In this document: one piece after another, positions 10,215 to 21,669 of the stretch
Layout of the letters: each line of letters starts with the position of its first letter
Numbering within the stretch: the stretch's first letter is position 1
Source: an uncultured Methanosarcinaceae archaeon
Lineage (GTDB): Archaea > Halobacteriota > Methanosarcinia > Methanosarcinales > Methanosarcinaceae
DNA: 64,000 nucleotides
Direction: 5' to 3'
Assembly: GCA_963847185.1 (NCBI GenBank)
Contig: CAWJYV010000003.1
Coordinates: forward strand, 1-64,000
Position numbers and translations under genes: made by a program
Notes under the pieces: generated by a model
What the model was told of the DNA's origin: nothing
Database searches by the model: none
What the model saw: only the letters and a program-made list of their open reading frames with translations

Positions 10215-11606
10215 GTGGAAGAAATTTCTTTACTATTGCTTCTTTTTTCAGTTTTCGGAGGTTACCTGCTAGGCATAATCTCAGGGCTTTTGCCTGGGAT
10301 ACATAATAATAATTTTGCCCTGGCCCTTGTAGCCTTTGCCCCTTTCCTTGCCGAAAAAGGCCTCTCTCCTTTTTATATAGCCGTGATAATTCTCTCAAAT
10401 GCAGTCTCCCAAACTTTTCACGATATAATTCCCTCGGTATTTTTAGGAGCCCCTGACGGAGATACTGCGCTTGCAGTCCTGCCTGGACACAGACTCCTTC
10501 TCGATGGAGCTGGGGCTGAGGCTGTCCGCCTCTCGGCGCTCGGAAGCGCAGGATCCGTAGTTGCTTCCCTTCTACTCATATTACCTTTTTCCCTTTTCTT
10601 TGGAGCTATTTACCCTTACTTTGAAGAGCATATGGCTCTGATCCTGATTTTTATTGTGTTTTTGATGCTTGCAACTGAGAAAGGCGAGCAATCGGAAGAT
10701 GAAGGCCCACTTGCAAAATACAAATACAAAGCCTTTGCCCTGTTATTGTTTTTGATCACAGGCGTACTCGGGCTCTTTGCTTTTTCCAAAGAGGATTTAA
10801 TGGTCCCTATTGTAAGTTTCGGAGAGCCTTCTTCACTCCTGCCCCTCCTGAGCGGGCTTTTCGGAGCTTCCCAGCTGATTATAAGCCTCTTAACAAGCTC
10901 GAAAATTCCCGAGGAATCCGTTTCCAGGCTTAAGCTTTCCCAAAAAAGAATTGTAAGGGGAATTCTTACGGGAAGTGCTGCAGGTTCTCTTGTGGCATGG
11001 CTGCCAGGGCTCTCCTCGGCAATTGCAGCCCTTCTTGCAGGCCTTTTCGTGAAAGCCGATTTTGACAGGCTGTCTCTTAAGAAAAAAGACCCTGAGCCTG
11101 AGCTAAAAATCTCCAGAACCTTTCTTTATTCTGATCTTTCTGCCAGTAGACCTGATACTATTGAGAGTTCAAAAGAATTCATAGTCTCGATGTCCGGGGT
11201 GAACACTTCGACAGCTATTTTCGGGCTGGTAGCTTTTGTAGTAATCGGAAGGACCAGAAGTGGAGCAATGGTTGCCATTGAAGAAATTCTTGGAGCTGAT
11301 TCGCTTAACTTCTCTATTTTGCTGCTTTTCTTTGCCGCTATAGTGTTAACTGCTCTTTTTTCCTACTTTTCCACAGTCCTGATCGGAAACAATGCTCATC
11401 ATCTTCTTAAGAAAGTTAATTACACCAAACTCTGTACAGGTGTCCTTGTCGGGCTTGCAGTGATGGTTTTTCTCTTCACAGGAATTTTCGGGCTTTTCAT
11501 TTTTATGATCTCAACTACTATAGGCATGCTTGCTTCTTTCATGAAAGTCAGGAAATCTCATGCAATGGGAGTTATCTTGCTGCCTGTGATCCTGTATTTT
11601 TTGTAA
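10215..11606 (+). CDS. Tripartite tricarboxylate transporter TctA-like / DUF112 membrane protein
   Basis: SGLLPGIH, IPSVFLGAP, LPGHRLL, LPGLSSA motifs; many TM segments. Confidence 0.85.
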   Translation: MEEISLLLLLFSVFGGYLLGIISGLLPGIHNNNFALALVAFAPFLAEKGLSPFYIAVIILSNAVSQTFHDIIPSVFLGAPDGDTALAVLPGHRLLLDGAGAEAVRLSALGSAGSVVASLLLILPFSLFFGAIYPYFEEHMALILIFIVFLMLATEKGEQSEDEGPLAKYKYKAFALLLFLITGVLGLFAFSKEDLMVPIVSFGEPSSLLPLLSGLFGASQLIISLLTSSKIPEESVSRLKLSQKRIVRGILTGSAAGSLVAWLPGLSSAIAALLAGLFVKADFDRLSLKKKDPEPELKISRTFLYSDLSASRPDTIESSKEFIVSMSGVNTSTAIFGLVAFVVIGRTRSGAMVAIEEILGADSLNFSILLLFFAAIVLTALFSYFSTVLIGNNAHHLLKKVNYTKLCTGVLVGLAVMVFLFTGIFGLFIFMISTTIGMLASFMKVRKSHAMGVILLPVILYFL

Positions 11607-11885
11607 GATAAGGCAACTTTTTTGACATGGAAAGTCAGACATGAAGCTGGCGTCCAATCAGGCGGCGTGAATAAATATAAAACTTAAAATGTATTGGGTT
11701 GGAATTGTAAAGAAAGAAAAAACTTCGTTAAAAGTAAAACAGTAAAAAGTGCAAAAAATTAGCCAGGTTAAAGAAAACCAGTTAATAAAGGCAAAAAATA
11801 ACGTGAAGATGAAATCGATTAACTGGAAGTAAACAACAAAACCTGAAATTTAATAGAGATAACGAAAAAAGGGGTTTGCAGGAGT

Positions 11886-12371
11886 ATGAAAGAACAACTC
11901 GAACAGCGCTTAACTGAACTCAGGAAAGAATACGAATCAGGGCAGAAAATCCTGAAAGATATGGAACTAAAAATTGCAGAGCTGGAAAACAGAAAAGCTG
12001 GCCTGAATGAAACCGTTCTCAGAATAAGCGGAGCAATTGATCTATTAGAAGAGATACTCGGAGAAAGTACCGGCTTATCCGGGCAGGAAAGCGCGACAAG
12101 TTATGGGCTTCCTTCGGGAAACGTAGAGGTCCCGAATATTGTAAGACAGACCCTTGAAAAAGCCAGAAAAAACCTGGAAGAAGCAGGACTTGCGGCAGGA
12201 GAAATAATAGAGCAGAAAGGTATTTTGCCTATAGGGGTTATGGCCGGGGAAGTAATAAAACAGGAGCCAAAACCAGGGACAAAATTGCCAGCCGGCTCAG
12301 CTGTAAAGCTTGTAATTGCAGTTAAAGGTAAAATTGTGCCCTCTTCAGAAAGGAGATCGTTTTGCGAGTAA
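11886..12371 (+). CDS. Coiled-coil + PASTA domain protein
   Basis: VEVPNIV...A...LEEAGL...GEVIKQEPKPGTKLPAGSAVKLVIA PASTA signature; N-terminal heptads. Confidence 0.8.
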   Translation: MKEQLEQRLTELRKEYESGQKILKDMELKIAELENRKAGLNETVLRISGAIDLLEEILGESTGLSGQESATSYGLPSGNVEVPNIVRQTLEKARKNLEEAGLAAGEIIEQKGILPIGVMAGEVIKQEPKPGTKLPAGSAVKLVIAVKGKIVPSSERRSFCE

Positions 12372-12929
12372 TATCCAACCGCAACTGAAAAAGACTAAAA
12401 TATAGTTTTAGAAAAGTAATACATTCCAGAGATTACTTTACCTTTGGAGTGAACTTAGTGAGTATTTTACCCAGTTCATTTAATATTTTAGATTTATCCT
12501 TTTGTTTTATCTTTTTGCTTTTCTAAGCATTTGGAGAAGTAAATATCTTTGAGACTCAGACTCATGAAAATATTTTTGAAAAGAAGTTCTTCAAGGAAGA
12601 AAAAGAAGTCTAAAAATTTTCCTAATCTTTGATATAAAAACAACTTTGGAATTGTTTAATTTTTTTTGAACTAAAATAGCAGCTTCTGCTCGGTTTTATA
12701 GCCGACATTTCAAGTAACAAAGATTAGAATTTAACATACATATATAATTATATATTTGTACTATGTTCATATAAATCCAAACTCTATTCTATTATTATCA
12801 AAATATGTCTGAATTTAAGTTAATAGGATAGAATAAATTATACAACATAGCATACCACGAGATCGAATATATCGGGTTTCGTGGCCGTCAAAGAATCTTT
12901 GAAAAATGAATAGTAAGTGGGGAAGAAAA

Positions 12930-13514
12930 ATGAAAGGTAATATTTCTTCAATTTTACTGGCTTTTGTAGTTTTTGTTTTGCTGTCAACTGCCGCATCTGC
13001 AGCAGTTAACTGGAATATTTCACCATCAAGCCCATCCGTGGGCGATACGCTTATAATAAAAGGTACGGCTTCGCCAGGAGAAAACATCAAAGCTGCTATT
13101 TCTTTTGGAAAAACAATCGAAGTTTCGAATGGTCAATACCGTTACTTGCTTGAGAACGTGAAAATCCCAACAAGTACGGGAAATAGTTTTACTGTAAAAG
13201 CTACCGGGGTACAAAAGCTGAATGTTGGAGTTAAAGATGTTTTATGGATTACCAAAACTATAGGAGCATCCGGAGGAGTTGCAACAATATCACAGGCAAA
13301 TATCCCTGCTGGAACATACAAAGTTCTGATTTCCGGTAATGCCCTGAAAGGAAAGTCTTCTGTAAATGCTATGATTACAGCTTCTCAGAATCTTAAAGCT
13401 GACTCAAAAGGAAGTTTCACATACAGCTATGATACTTCTGCACTGCCCGCAGGCAAGTATATTATAAAGATAGGGAATGTAGAAAAAACAGTCGAATTGA
13501 AGCCCAAAAAGTAA
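12930..13514 (+). CDS. Secreted beta-sandwich (Ig-like) cell-surface protein
   Basis: Signal peptide ending ASA-A; beta-rich, Gly/Ser/Thr-rich mature part. Confidence 0.75.
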   Translation: MKGNISSILLAFVVFVLLSTAASAAVNWNISPSSPSVGDTLIIKGTASPGENIKAAISFGKTIEVSNGQYRYLLENVKIPTSTGNSFTVKATGVQKLNVGVKDVLWITKTIGASGGVATISQANIPAGTYKVLISGNALKGKSSVNAMITASQNLKADSKGSFTYSYDTSALPAGKYIIKIGNVEKTVELKPKK

Positions 13515-14273
13515 AAAATTTGTTATTGAGTTTTCTGCAAATCCAGAGTATCCCTTGAAATTAACTGCTGACAAAATTTTGGGATCACCAGTTTTATGGA
13601 ATGATATTCTGGAGATAATACTCAACAACTTAAATCCCTTACTAAAACACCCCTACGAATCCCTTAGCTAAAACCATATGTACAGAAAAACCAGAATAAA
13701 ACCAGAATATAAGTCCACCAATCCATAGCATGAGGTTTTTCTCCAATCCATAGCATGAGGATTTTCTTTTTATTTCCTCATGTAACCAAATAGTTTTTTA
13801 TTTTATCCCAAAATTATTTCGCCTTTTTAATTTCTTTTATTGCAGTTATATATCGTATACAGGTAACCCACTATTTTACTTCAACTTCTAATTTGTTTCA
13901 TTTTACATGATCATTCCAAGATACCATAATGAAATTGGAATTTACTCAACGTTTAACATTTTGCGTCACCTGCTATTGTATCGTGTATTGAACTTTCAAA
14001 TGGTTTTGAATCTGCGAAATCATTTCGGGATACAACATTCCAGAATTATTTCCCTCGGAAATAATGGGCCCTGGTAATTCCAGAGAACTATCTTAATTTC
14101 TGATCTATATCGATTCAATGACAAAGCCCCGACTTTTCAGGCATTCTCATGGAACTAATCCTGGTTCCTAACCTAACAATACACTCTAAACTTGTTTGAT
14201 GGTGTAAGATAGGGTTATACACACATTTGGATAAAGGGTTATTTAACCCTATAAATAAGGAGTATGACTTACA

Positions 14274-14540
14274 ATGGGTGAAATAGATATCAGTGAGATC
14301 GATCCAGCGTGTAGAAATGCACCGACTAAGAAGATAAAAGAGGAGGGAGTGACAAAAATCCTCCACAATATTGATTCCTTTGTAGCAACTGGAATAGTAC
14401 CAAAGGACTGGAAACCAAATGTCACCGGTTGGTTTGAAGATGAAATTGTCTGGAAAGGATGGCTCTATGCCCTACAGTATGAGGAAAACAAAAACGGTGA
14501 GATAACTAAACACTATGTTTGTGTGTATCCTAATGACTGA
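14274..14540 (+). CDS. Hypothetical protein
   Basis: AGGAG RBS, ATG start, globular Trp-rich composition. Confidence 0.6.
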   Translation: MGEIDISEIDPACRNAPTKKIKEEGVTKILHNIDSFVATGIVPKDWKPNVTGWFEDEIVWKGWLYALQYEENKNGEITKHYVCVYPND

Positions 14541-15265
14541 GGCTCTAAAGAATCTATAAAAAAATAAGATTAAAGAAGATCACTGGCAAGACAAAACGAA
14601 AGAAGATTAAAAAGAAGGAAGGCAGTAAAAGACTAGTCTTCTAACTAAATTATTTCCTTTTTGCTCTACTTAGAAATGCATCAATTCCTGTGAATATAAT
14701 TGTTTTTTCTTTTGCGAGTGCATTTACATAGTCTGATTTATCGTAAAAAATGGTAATATATATTCAAGTTCGAATTCCCGAATCATTTTTTGAAAAACTG
14801 GATGGGTACACTGTTATAAATAATCTTTCTTGGAGACTATTTGACAAGTTTTTATCTGAGGATCAGTGACCCTCCTTGGACATCTCGAACGGGATCACTG
14901 ACTCCTAACATCGTTTGTAACAAATGACCCTCATGAGTTATTTTATGAATTTCTAAAAAATGGGATGAATGGTGTTATTATCACTGCTAAATCCTTTACT
15001 TTTGAATGAATGATCCGTATTTGGTTTTATACAATATAGTTTCTTTTGATTTTTCGAATACATTTTCTACATTGATTATATTTTTTTCATTGTTTTGTGT
15101 TACAATATTAACTGAATTATCTGTTGATTTTATATTAACCCAAGGTTATTTTCCTGTAGCAATAATACTAGGATTATCTTTGTCTTTAGGACTCAATTCC
15201 TCAATCTCGATTTTATTCTATAGGAGGACCATTATTTAATTTATCTTAAAAGTAACTGTATTTTC

Positions 15266-15387
15266 GGCTCTGTAGAATATATATTTAATTCAACTGCAAG
15301 AGGCTGAAATTAGATCAATAAAAGTATATCAGGTTATTCAGTTCAAATTAATGGAGATTCGTTATTTCAGAGGATTTCTACAGAGCC
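15266..15387. mobile_element. MITE, GGCTCTGTAGAA-end family
   Basis: Perfect TIRs GGCTCTGTAGAA / TTCTACAGAGCC. Confidence 0.8.
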
Positions 15388-15590
15388 CTATAATTATATT
15401 GATTAAAGTCATCCAATAATTCTAATCAGAAAAGGTATATCTTATTGAAAACGAAAATGATGGATATCATTTTTAATTCTGATATAAATATAACTCCGAT
15501 TTGACGCATTAGATTAGAAGAGGTCAGTGTGGCAAGAGATTGACAAAGGAGTCCGGAATAAATATTCACCGGAAAAGCGAGGATTCCGAA

Positions 15591-16166
15591 ATGAATGAGG
15601 AAAATAAAACTGCAAAAATAAATGAGGCAAAGCAAAAGGAGCTGGAAATGGTAGAAAAAACTGAAGAATCCGAGATTTCCAGGCAGCTTCTTAAAAGGGC
15701 TTGTAAGACCGACAATTATGAAGACAAGCTAAGGATGTATAATGAAGCCTTAACTCTGGATCCCCTATACCTTGATGCGTGGATTCAGAAAGGTTTTGCC
15801 CTGGACAGAATGGGAAGATCAAAAGAGGCCCTTGCATGTTATGACAGAGCCCTCGAAATTGAACCCAACAATCCGGGTATCATGTGCCTCAAGGGTTTTG
15901 CTTTCAATAACTTAGCAGAGTTTGAAAAATCGATAGAGTGTTATGATGAAGTCCTGAAAGTAAATCCTGAGGATGCATTTTCCTGGTATCAGAAAGGCTC
16001 AGCTCTGGAAAGTCTGGACAGATATATGGAAGCTATGGAGTGTTACGACAGAGCTCTTGAGATCGATCCTACTGATGCCCTTATCAGAGAGAAAAAATTA
16101 AGGCTACTTGAACTTATTTATAAAAAAGGGAATTTAACTAATTCTACAGACAGCGGTTTTAACTGA
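15591..16166 (+). CDS. Tetratricopeptide repeat protein
   Basis: Repeated W..KG..L...A..CYDRALEI.P TPR units. Confidence 0.9.
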   Translation: MNEENKTAKINEAKQKELEMVEKTEESEISRQLLKRACKTDNYEDKLRMYNEALTLDPLYLDAWIQKGFALDRMGRSKEALACYDRALEIEPNNPGIMCLKGFAFNNLAEFEKSIECYDEVLKVNPEDAFSWYQKGSALESLDRYMEAMECYDRALEIDPTDALIREKKLRLLELIYKKGNLTNSTDSGFN

Positions 16167-16251
16167 AATTAAATGGGTGAAAAAAGAGTAAAGAAAACAT
16201 CTTTCAACCTTTACTGCATACTTTTTCATCATTATTATTAATTTTTCGCTT

Positions 16252-17034
16252 TTATTTTTTGCTTTCTTCCTTTTCTTTCCTGATATCTTCAACAACATCC
16301 ATAAGTTTCTCTTTGATTTTCACGATAGCATCTACAGCATCTCCGCCTACCTCAATCGGAGCCCTTTTTTCCAGATCTGCCTGCATTAGCTGGAGGTCAA
16401 AGGGAATTTCCCCAAGGACAGGGATACCTAGTTCTTCGAGCCTGTCATTCACTTTTCCGGAACCGCCTTTATTAATTACGGCAGCAAGGTGCTTTATCCC
16501 GATTTCGGAGGAAAGTTTCTTGATCCTTTCAGCGGTTTCAAGGGATCTTGCCCCTGGCTCTACAACTACTATCATAAGATCCATGCCTCTGGTCGTACCT
16601 CTTCCGAGATGTTCTATTCCAGCTTCCATATCAAGGATCACTGCACTTTTTTCCTTAAGCATGAGATGTCTGAGGAGAGCTCTCAGGAAAGCAGAAGCCG
16701 GGCACATGCAGCCGCTGCCTCCCTTGTCCACAGTACCCATGACAAGCATCCTCACGCCATCAGGTCCTATTACTCCGTATTTGCCTGCAATGTCGTCCAC
16801 TTTTGGATTGTAAATGAAAGCCCCGCCTTCGGCACCCGCCCTTTCCTGGATCAGGTCTTTAAAATCTGCCAATGGTTTTGGGGGTTTTTCTATTCCAAGA
16901 GAAGATGCAAGGTTCATATCCGGGTCTGCATCTATTGCCAGGACTTCATATCCATCCCTTGCAAGCAGTCTGGCAAGAGTGCCAGAGAGAGTTGTCTTTC
17001 CAACGCCGCCTTTTCCGGTAATTGCTATTTTTAT
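16252..17034 (-). CDS. cooC: CooC/AcsF-type CODH nickel-insertion ATPase (starts at ATA 17034)
   Basis: In-frame upstream extension IKIAITGKGGVGKTT...DADPDMNL; GSGCMCP Ni-binding motif; DMEAGIEHLGRG. Confidence 0.9.
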   Translation of the reverse strand: MKIAITGKGGVGKTTLSGTLARLLARDGYEVLAIDADPDMNLASSLGIEKPPKPLADFKDLIQERAGAEGGAFIYNPKVDDIAGKYGVIGPDGVRMLVMGTVDKGGSGCMCPASAFLRALLRHLMLKEKSAVILDMEAGIEHLGRGTTRGMDLMIVVVEPGARSLETAERIKKLSSEIGIKHLAAVINKGGSGKVNDRLEELGIPVLGEIPFDLQLMQADLEKRAPIEVGGDAVDAIVKIKEKLMDVVEDIRKEKEESKK

Positions 17035-17172
17035 AGGAGTTCCCCCTGAACATTGATTCTGATCAACTGAAATGGTTCTTTAAACGATTTTTCAAGATAG
17101 TTTTCTAAGCAGGGATATAGCCACCAAACTGTTTTATACTTATTCATTTGTGCCGAATTTTGCTGGTAGATC

Positions 17173-18645
17173 TCAAGCTCCTGAAAGAGACGCATAGACT
17201 GTATTTCCGTATCTTCCGATATTGATCCTGTCCCCGTTGTCCTCAGGTTCATTTGAATAATCAGAAGATATATATCCGGCGTCAATGCAAGGAGAGTTCA
17301 CTTTGTCCTTAACCCATGTTTTTCCATTCCAGTGACCTGAGACAGACTGCAGGTGGTAGTCATGATTTTTCGGGTCTACAAAAAGAGGATCTACGTGGAT
17401 ATCAGTTGTTGAGTTTGCGTTTTTATAATCTCCGGCTGCATTGTTGTAAAAACAATTGTTTTCCAGCACGAATTCGTGAGTTCCTGAGAGATAGTTAATC
17501 ACACCATAGCCTGTCCCTGCAGGGTCTTTGGTACGCTTCAAGGTACTGGTAATAATATTATTGCGGACAATAGTTATGCACTCTGTACCTGTCGGCAAAA
17601 TGTCTGTTTCAGAGCTTGCAGAATCCATTTGAACTACGGCCGCATGGTAAACGCTATCAAATACATTATTTTCTACAAGAGTATCATGGAATCCATTTGT
17701 TACAATGCCCCCTACCCAATCGATACTGGGGTTTGTGCCGGTGTTGTAGAAAACATTATGATGGATATGAACGTTTCTTGCATCCTCTCGGGCTGAAGAG
17801 GGATCGGAATTAACAAGCCATATTCCTGGCCCATAGGTGTTATTGATGGTATTATCATGGATCTCGATATCATCCATGATACCTGCAGTCTTCTGTATCT
17901 GGATCCCTGGCCCACCTGCACTCCAGTCATAGAAAGAATTGATAATGTTATCGTGCAGATTTACGTGATTCGAATCCCATACCCTCAAACCGCTGTTGGT
18001 CCTGCATGTGATAGTATTATTCCAGGCTTCTACGTTATTGCAATTGATTGCAAAAAATCCATCGTGTCCCAGTTTAGAGATTCTGTTATTATAAAACTGA
18101 ATATTTTCACTATTTTTTATCCTTAGTCCGTCTCCATGTCCATCATGCATAAGCATATTATACACCTTTATATCATTGCAATGAAGGAAATAAATCATAT
18201 TATAATAGCCGTCACCTCTCTCAACTTCAGTATTACCGTCATGATTTCCATCAATTTCGAAATCTCTTAAAACAATATTCTCGTTTCCCGAATCGTTTAT
18301 CTGCTGGATAAGAGGTTTCATAGTGGCCCAGCCTGCATGGTCAACAAGCTTAATCTTCACACCAGTTTCCCCTTCTAGAATCGTATTGCTGCCAATTAGA
18401 AGGGTGTCATCAATAACGTAAGTAAATGGTCCTTTAAGGTGCACAGTTGTATATTCAGGGTTTTCTGTTACAAATTTAAGAGCCTCATTTATCTGTACAT
18501 GATCATCTTTTCCGTCACAATTGAAGTCTCCGCTGCCATCGCCGGCAACATAAATTACTGGTGCAGGAGTCTTACATAAACCAGTAGAGATATTTGCAAG
18601 GATTAAAAAAACTACCAGAAGAAGAATTTTTAGTCTTTTTTTCAA
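17173..18645 (-). CDS. Disaggregatase-related secreted beta-helix protein
   Basis: Signal peptide; YVAGDGSGDFNCDGKDDHVQIN; parallel beta-helix repeats; SPCIDAG...INIGRYGNT. Confidence 0.88.
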   Translation of the reverse strand: MKKRLKILLLVVFLILANISTGLCKTPAPVIYVAGDGSGDFNCDGKDDHVQINEALKFVTENPEYTTVHLKGPFTYVIDDTLLIGSNTILEGETGVKIKLVDHAGWATMKPLIQQINDSGNENIVLRDFEIDGNHDGNTEVERGDGYYNMIYFLHCNDIKVYNMLMHDGHGDGLRIKNSENIQFYNNRISKLGHDGFFAINCNNVEAWNNTITCRTNSGLRVWDSNHVNLHDNIINSFYDWSAGGPGIQIQKTAGIMDDIEIHDNTINNTYGPGIWLVNSDPSSAREDARNVHIHHNVFYNTGTNPSIDWVGGIVTNGFHDTLVENNVFDSVYHAAVVQMDSASSETDILPTGTECITIVRNNIITSTLKRTKDPAGTGYGVINYLSGTHEFVLENNCFYNNAAGDYKNANSTTDIHVDPLFVDPKNHDYHLQSVSGHWNGKTWVKDKVNSPCIDAGYISSDYSNEPEDNGDRINIGRYGNTVYASLSGA

Positions 18646-19200
18646 TATCTAATCACCTATACACAATTTTCAATTATGTTCCTTGCGCAAAAATTCATGT
18701 TGTAGTGCGTTAATATTTTCCAGAAACTTCTATACTATAGAAAACAGACTTCATTCATATTTTTGTTCAATCTCTTACACAAACAACAGAGTTTTGCATA
18801 TATAGTATCCACTATTTCATTTCTCATTGCCGGGGTTATCTGGGATGGAAATTCCAGTTCCAGAGACTACTGAATCCTATTGAAAAAAGTAATTGATTCA
18901 GACTTGGTTTTCTTCTTTTTCAGATATTCTAACTCTTATTTACCCGATTTCTAAAATATTTGAATCAAAAATATATTCTTATTAAGATGTCAATTATGTT
19001 TCTATAGTTAACACTGTAGATAAAGAAATCATAATATAAAAAAGGTTACAGATTAACTTTTAAAATTGAGAATCTAATTTGAAACCAGGTCTCAGGTACT
19101 TCAAAAATTCTTCTCTAATAAAGCTGATTATCGGTCAAAATTCTGATTTATCTGGTTTCAGGTTATCTACTCTTAATTATTTCTAAACTATCTGGCTCAA

Positions 19201-20811
19201 CTAATACTCTCGGTTATTTATAAACTCAAACCCTTTTTCTAAAGCAACATGCTTGAGGTACTTTTCGAGATAGTTTCCTTCCTTCTTTGAAAAACCCGCA
19301 TCTTTTGCAAGCCTCTCGAGTACTTTCTGAACTCCGGTCCCATACTGCATTGCTTTTTTTTCCTTCCAGACAAGTTCCTGTGGGAGAAGGTTTTCTGCTG
19401 CCTTTCTTAGAATGTATTTCCTTATATATAGGTCATCTTTTTTCAGGACTTTAAGTTCAGGGATAATTGCAAGCCCTGTTTTTATTACGTCTTTATCCAG
19501 AAAAGGTACCCTGAGCTCTACAGAGTTAGCCATTGTAACCATATCGTCTCTTTCAAGATTAATTGTGGAAATATTCTCAAGGTCCGAATAAATTTCCCTG
19601 TCAAGTACCTCTGGTCCCTGTTCAAGAAAGGCTTCGTGTCTTCTGTACCCGCCGAAGAGTTCATCTGCACCCTGCCCTGTCAAAAGGACTCGCTTTTCAT
19701 CTGCTTTTGCGGTTTTTGCAACAGTATAAAGAGGAAGCCCGATTGCAATTGTCATGGGGTCAACGGATTCGGTCGCATAAATCACTTCAGGGACTGCAGC
19801 TTCTATTTCATCGAACGAAAGGAAGTGTATTTTCAGAGAATCCTGCATACCAATAGCTTCAGCCGCCTCTTCAGCCTGGGCAATGTCATGGGAATCAGGA
19901 AGTCCAACTGCGTAAAGAGAGATAGACGGATTAATTTTCTTTGCAAGAGCTGCTAAAAAGGTACTATCAATCCCTCCGGAAAATGCAATTCCCGAAGCTG
20001 ATGTAAGCCTGAGCTCCACAGCCTTTTCGAGAGACAGCTTAAGGCGAAAAACAGCTTCTCCTTCTTCAGAAATCCTTTCCTGCGGCTTTTTAGTTTTAAG
20101 GGATTTTTCTTCAAAATTTCCGCTCTGGAGATTGAAACTCATAATACTGCCCGGAGGAAAAGGTATGGGGTTTGCGTCATTCTCCTTTCCAATATCTATT
20201 CTTCTCTCTGTTTCAGTATTTATTCCAGTACCTACTACAATATTTATTCCAGTAGCTATGCCAGTACCTGTTCTCGCCGCAAAGAGAGCCTTTTTTTCAG
20301 AGGCAAATATGATTTCCTGATTTTCTGTCCTTTTTTCTGAGACGTAATCTGAGACATAGTCTGAGAAATAAAACAGAGGCTTAACTCCGGCAGGGTCCCT
20401 GGCAAGCACCAGCTCGCCGTCAAAAGCGTATGCAAGAGCATAGTCTCCGTTTACTGTGGATAATACGGAAGAGACAGCATCTATGGGGTTATCTCCTTCC
20501 TTAATTCGAGTTTCTATCAGGGAAAAAAGCACTTCAGTATCGGAGTCGGCATTTATTCCTGATTTTGATGCAAGCTCTCTGAAATTGAAGATTTCCCCAT
20601 TGAGTACGAGAGCTCCTTTTCCTATCAGAGGCTGGGGCATGTTTCCTGTAATTTTGAGCAGGGTATTGCCTATGCTCAGGTTTAAGGCCTGATATGTACC
20701 ACAGGCATCAGGGCCCCTGTGTCTGAGGGCGGCAAGCATCTTTTTTACTTTTATGCTGATGGCATTTATGTTAGTATCAGGAGTTCCGAATGCTCCTGCA
20801 ATTCCACACAT
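19201..20811 (-). CDS. asnB: Asparagine synthase (glutamine-hydrolysing) family protein
   Basis: MCGIAG Ntn start, HRGPD, NGEIFN, RDPAGVKPL, FSGGIDS, TGQGADELFGGY, ELRVPFLD. Confidence 0.9.
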   Translation of the reverse strand: MCGIAGAFGTPDTNINAISIKVKKMLAALRHRGPDACGTYQALNLSIGNTLLKITGNMPQPLIGKGALVLNGEIFNFRELASKSGINADSDTEVLFSLIETRIKEGDNPIDAVSSVLSTVNGDYALAYAFDGELVLARDPAGVKPLFYFSDYVSDYVSEKRTENQEIIFASEKKALFAARTGTGIATGINIVVGTGINTETERRIDIGKENDANPIPFPPGSIMSFNLQSGNFEEKSLKTKKPQERISEEGEAVFRLKLSLEKAVELRLTSASGIAFSGGIDSTFLAALAKKINPSISLYAVGLPDSHDIAQAEEAAEAIGMQDSLKIHFLSFDEIEAAVPEVIYATESVDPMTIAIGLPLYTVAKTAKADEKRVLLTGQGADELFGGYRRHEAFLEQGPEVLDREIYSDLENISTINLERDDMVTMANSVELRVPFLDKDVIKTGLAIIPELKVLKKDDLYIRKYILRKAAENLLPQELVWKEKKAMQYGTGVQKVLERLAKDAGFSKKEGNYLEKYLKHVALEKGFEFINNREY

Positions 20812-20929
20812 AGTTACTCCTTTTTCTCCTTTTTTCTTTCGGTTTGCTGTATACACGCACTCTATCTCTATTTATCATTTTTCCATACGGAGGGCTGGGA
20901 TTCTTTCTGAGAATAAAGCTAAGAAAAAG

Positions 20930-21669
20930 GGCATTGTTAACTAAATATAGTTAACTCATTATTTCTGTATTTCATTAAGAGAAGAACTGAATACTTTAGC
21001 ATTTCAAGACTCTTAGTATAACACTTTGTCTTTCTTCTCAATCTTGCCAGAAAGTGTCTAAATATGCTGTTATATCCTTCAACAGTATACGTTTCTGCTT
21101 TTGATTGAGTATGAATTTTATCTGGAACGAACTCTGCATATGCCCTCCAGTGATCAGTCATCACTTTTTCAATCTCTTTTTCCTTTAACTTTTCCCAGAG
21201 ATTTTGTCCAGTTTCTGTCCCTCTGCTGCCAAAAGAGCAGTTGATGAACTTTTTCCCAACTCTATCAACAGCAATCCAGATCCAGCAATATTTTTTTTGT
21301 TACCGATGTAAGTGTGCATCTCATCTATTTCAACAATAGAGATCTCATTTTCGCTTTTTAGTTCTTCTAACTCCTGACCAAATTTCTTTATCCATTTTTG
21401 GATAGAAACATGACTTACTCCCAAAAAACGCCCTATTGACCGAAATCCTAATCCTTCAAGATAGAGTTGTAAAGCCTGTCTCTTAACAGAAGGGGAGCTA
21501 GCAGTTGATTTTAGCTCTACTGAATAATTATATCCACAATCAGAGCATTTGTAGCGTTGACGGCCATCAACTTTACCATTCTTTATGTGATCGAGACTCT
21601 TACATCTTGGGCAGTTCATCAAGAGATATAAGTTCTCATAATATATATCAGTATTTAGATACCAATGCC
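20930..21669 (-). mobile_element. IS1-family insertion sequence, 740 bp, intact
   Basis: TIRs GGCATTGTTAACTAAATA / TATTTAGATACCAATGCC; 8-bp TSD AGAAAAAG at 20922-20929 and 21670-21677. Confidence 0.95.
20937..21622 (-). CDS. IS1 transposase InsA-InsB, joined by a -1 frameshift at the A8 run (21291-21298)
   Basis: CPRC...CSDC zinc ribbon + HTH + EIDE; the -1 frame continues KKYCWIWIAVDR...TDHW...VEGYNSIFRHFLARLRR. Confidence 0.9.

Noticed and set aside
13632-13765. Short direct repeats (CCAATCCATAGCATGAGG x2, AAAACCAGAATA x2)
   Set aside because: Two-copy slippage duplications with no associated system
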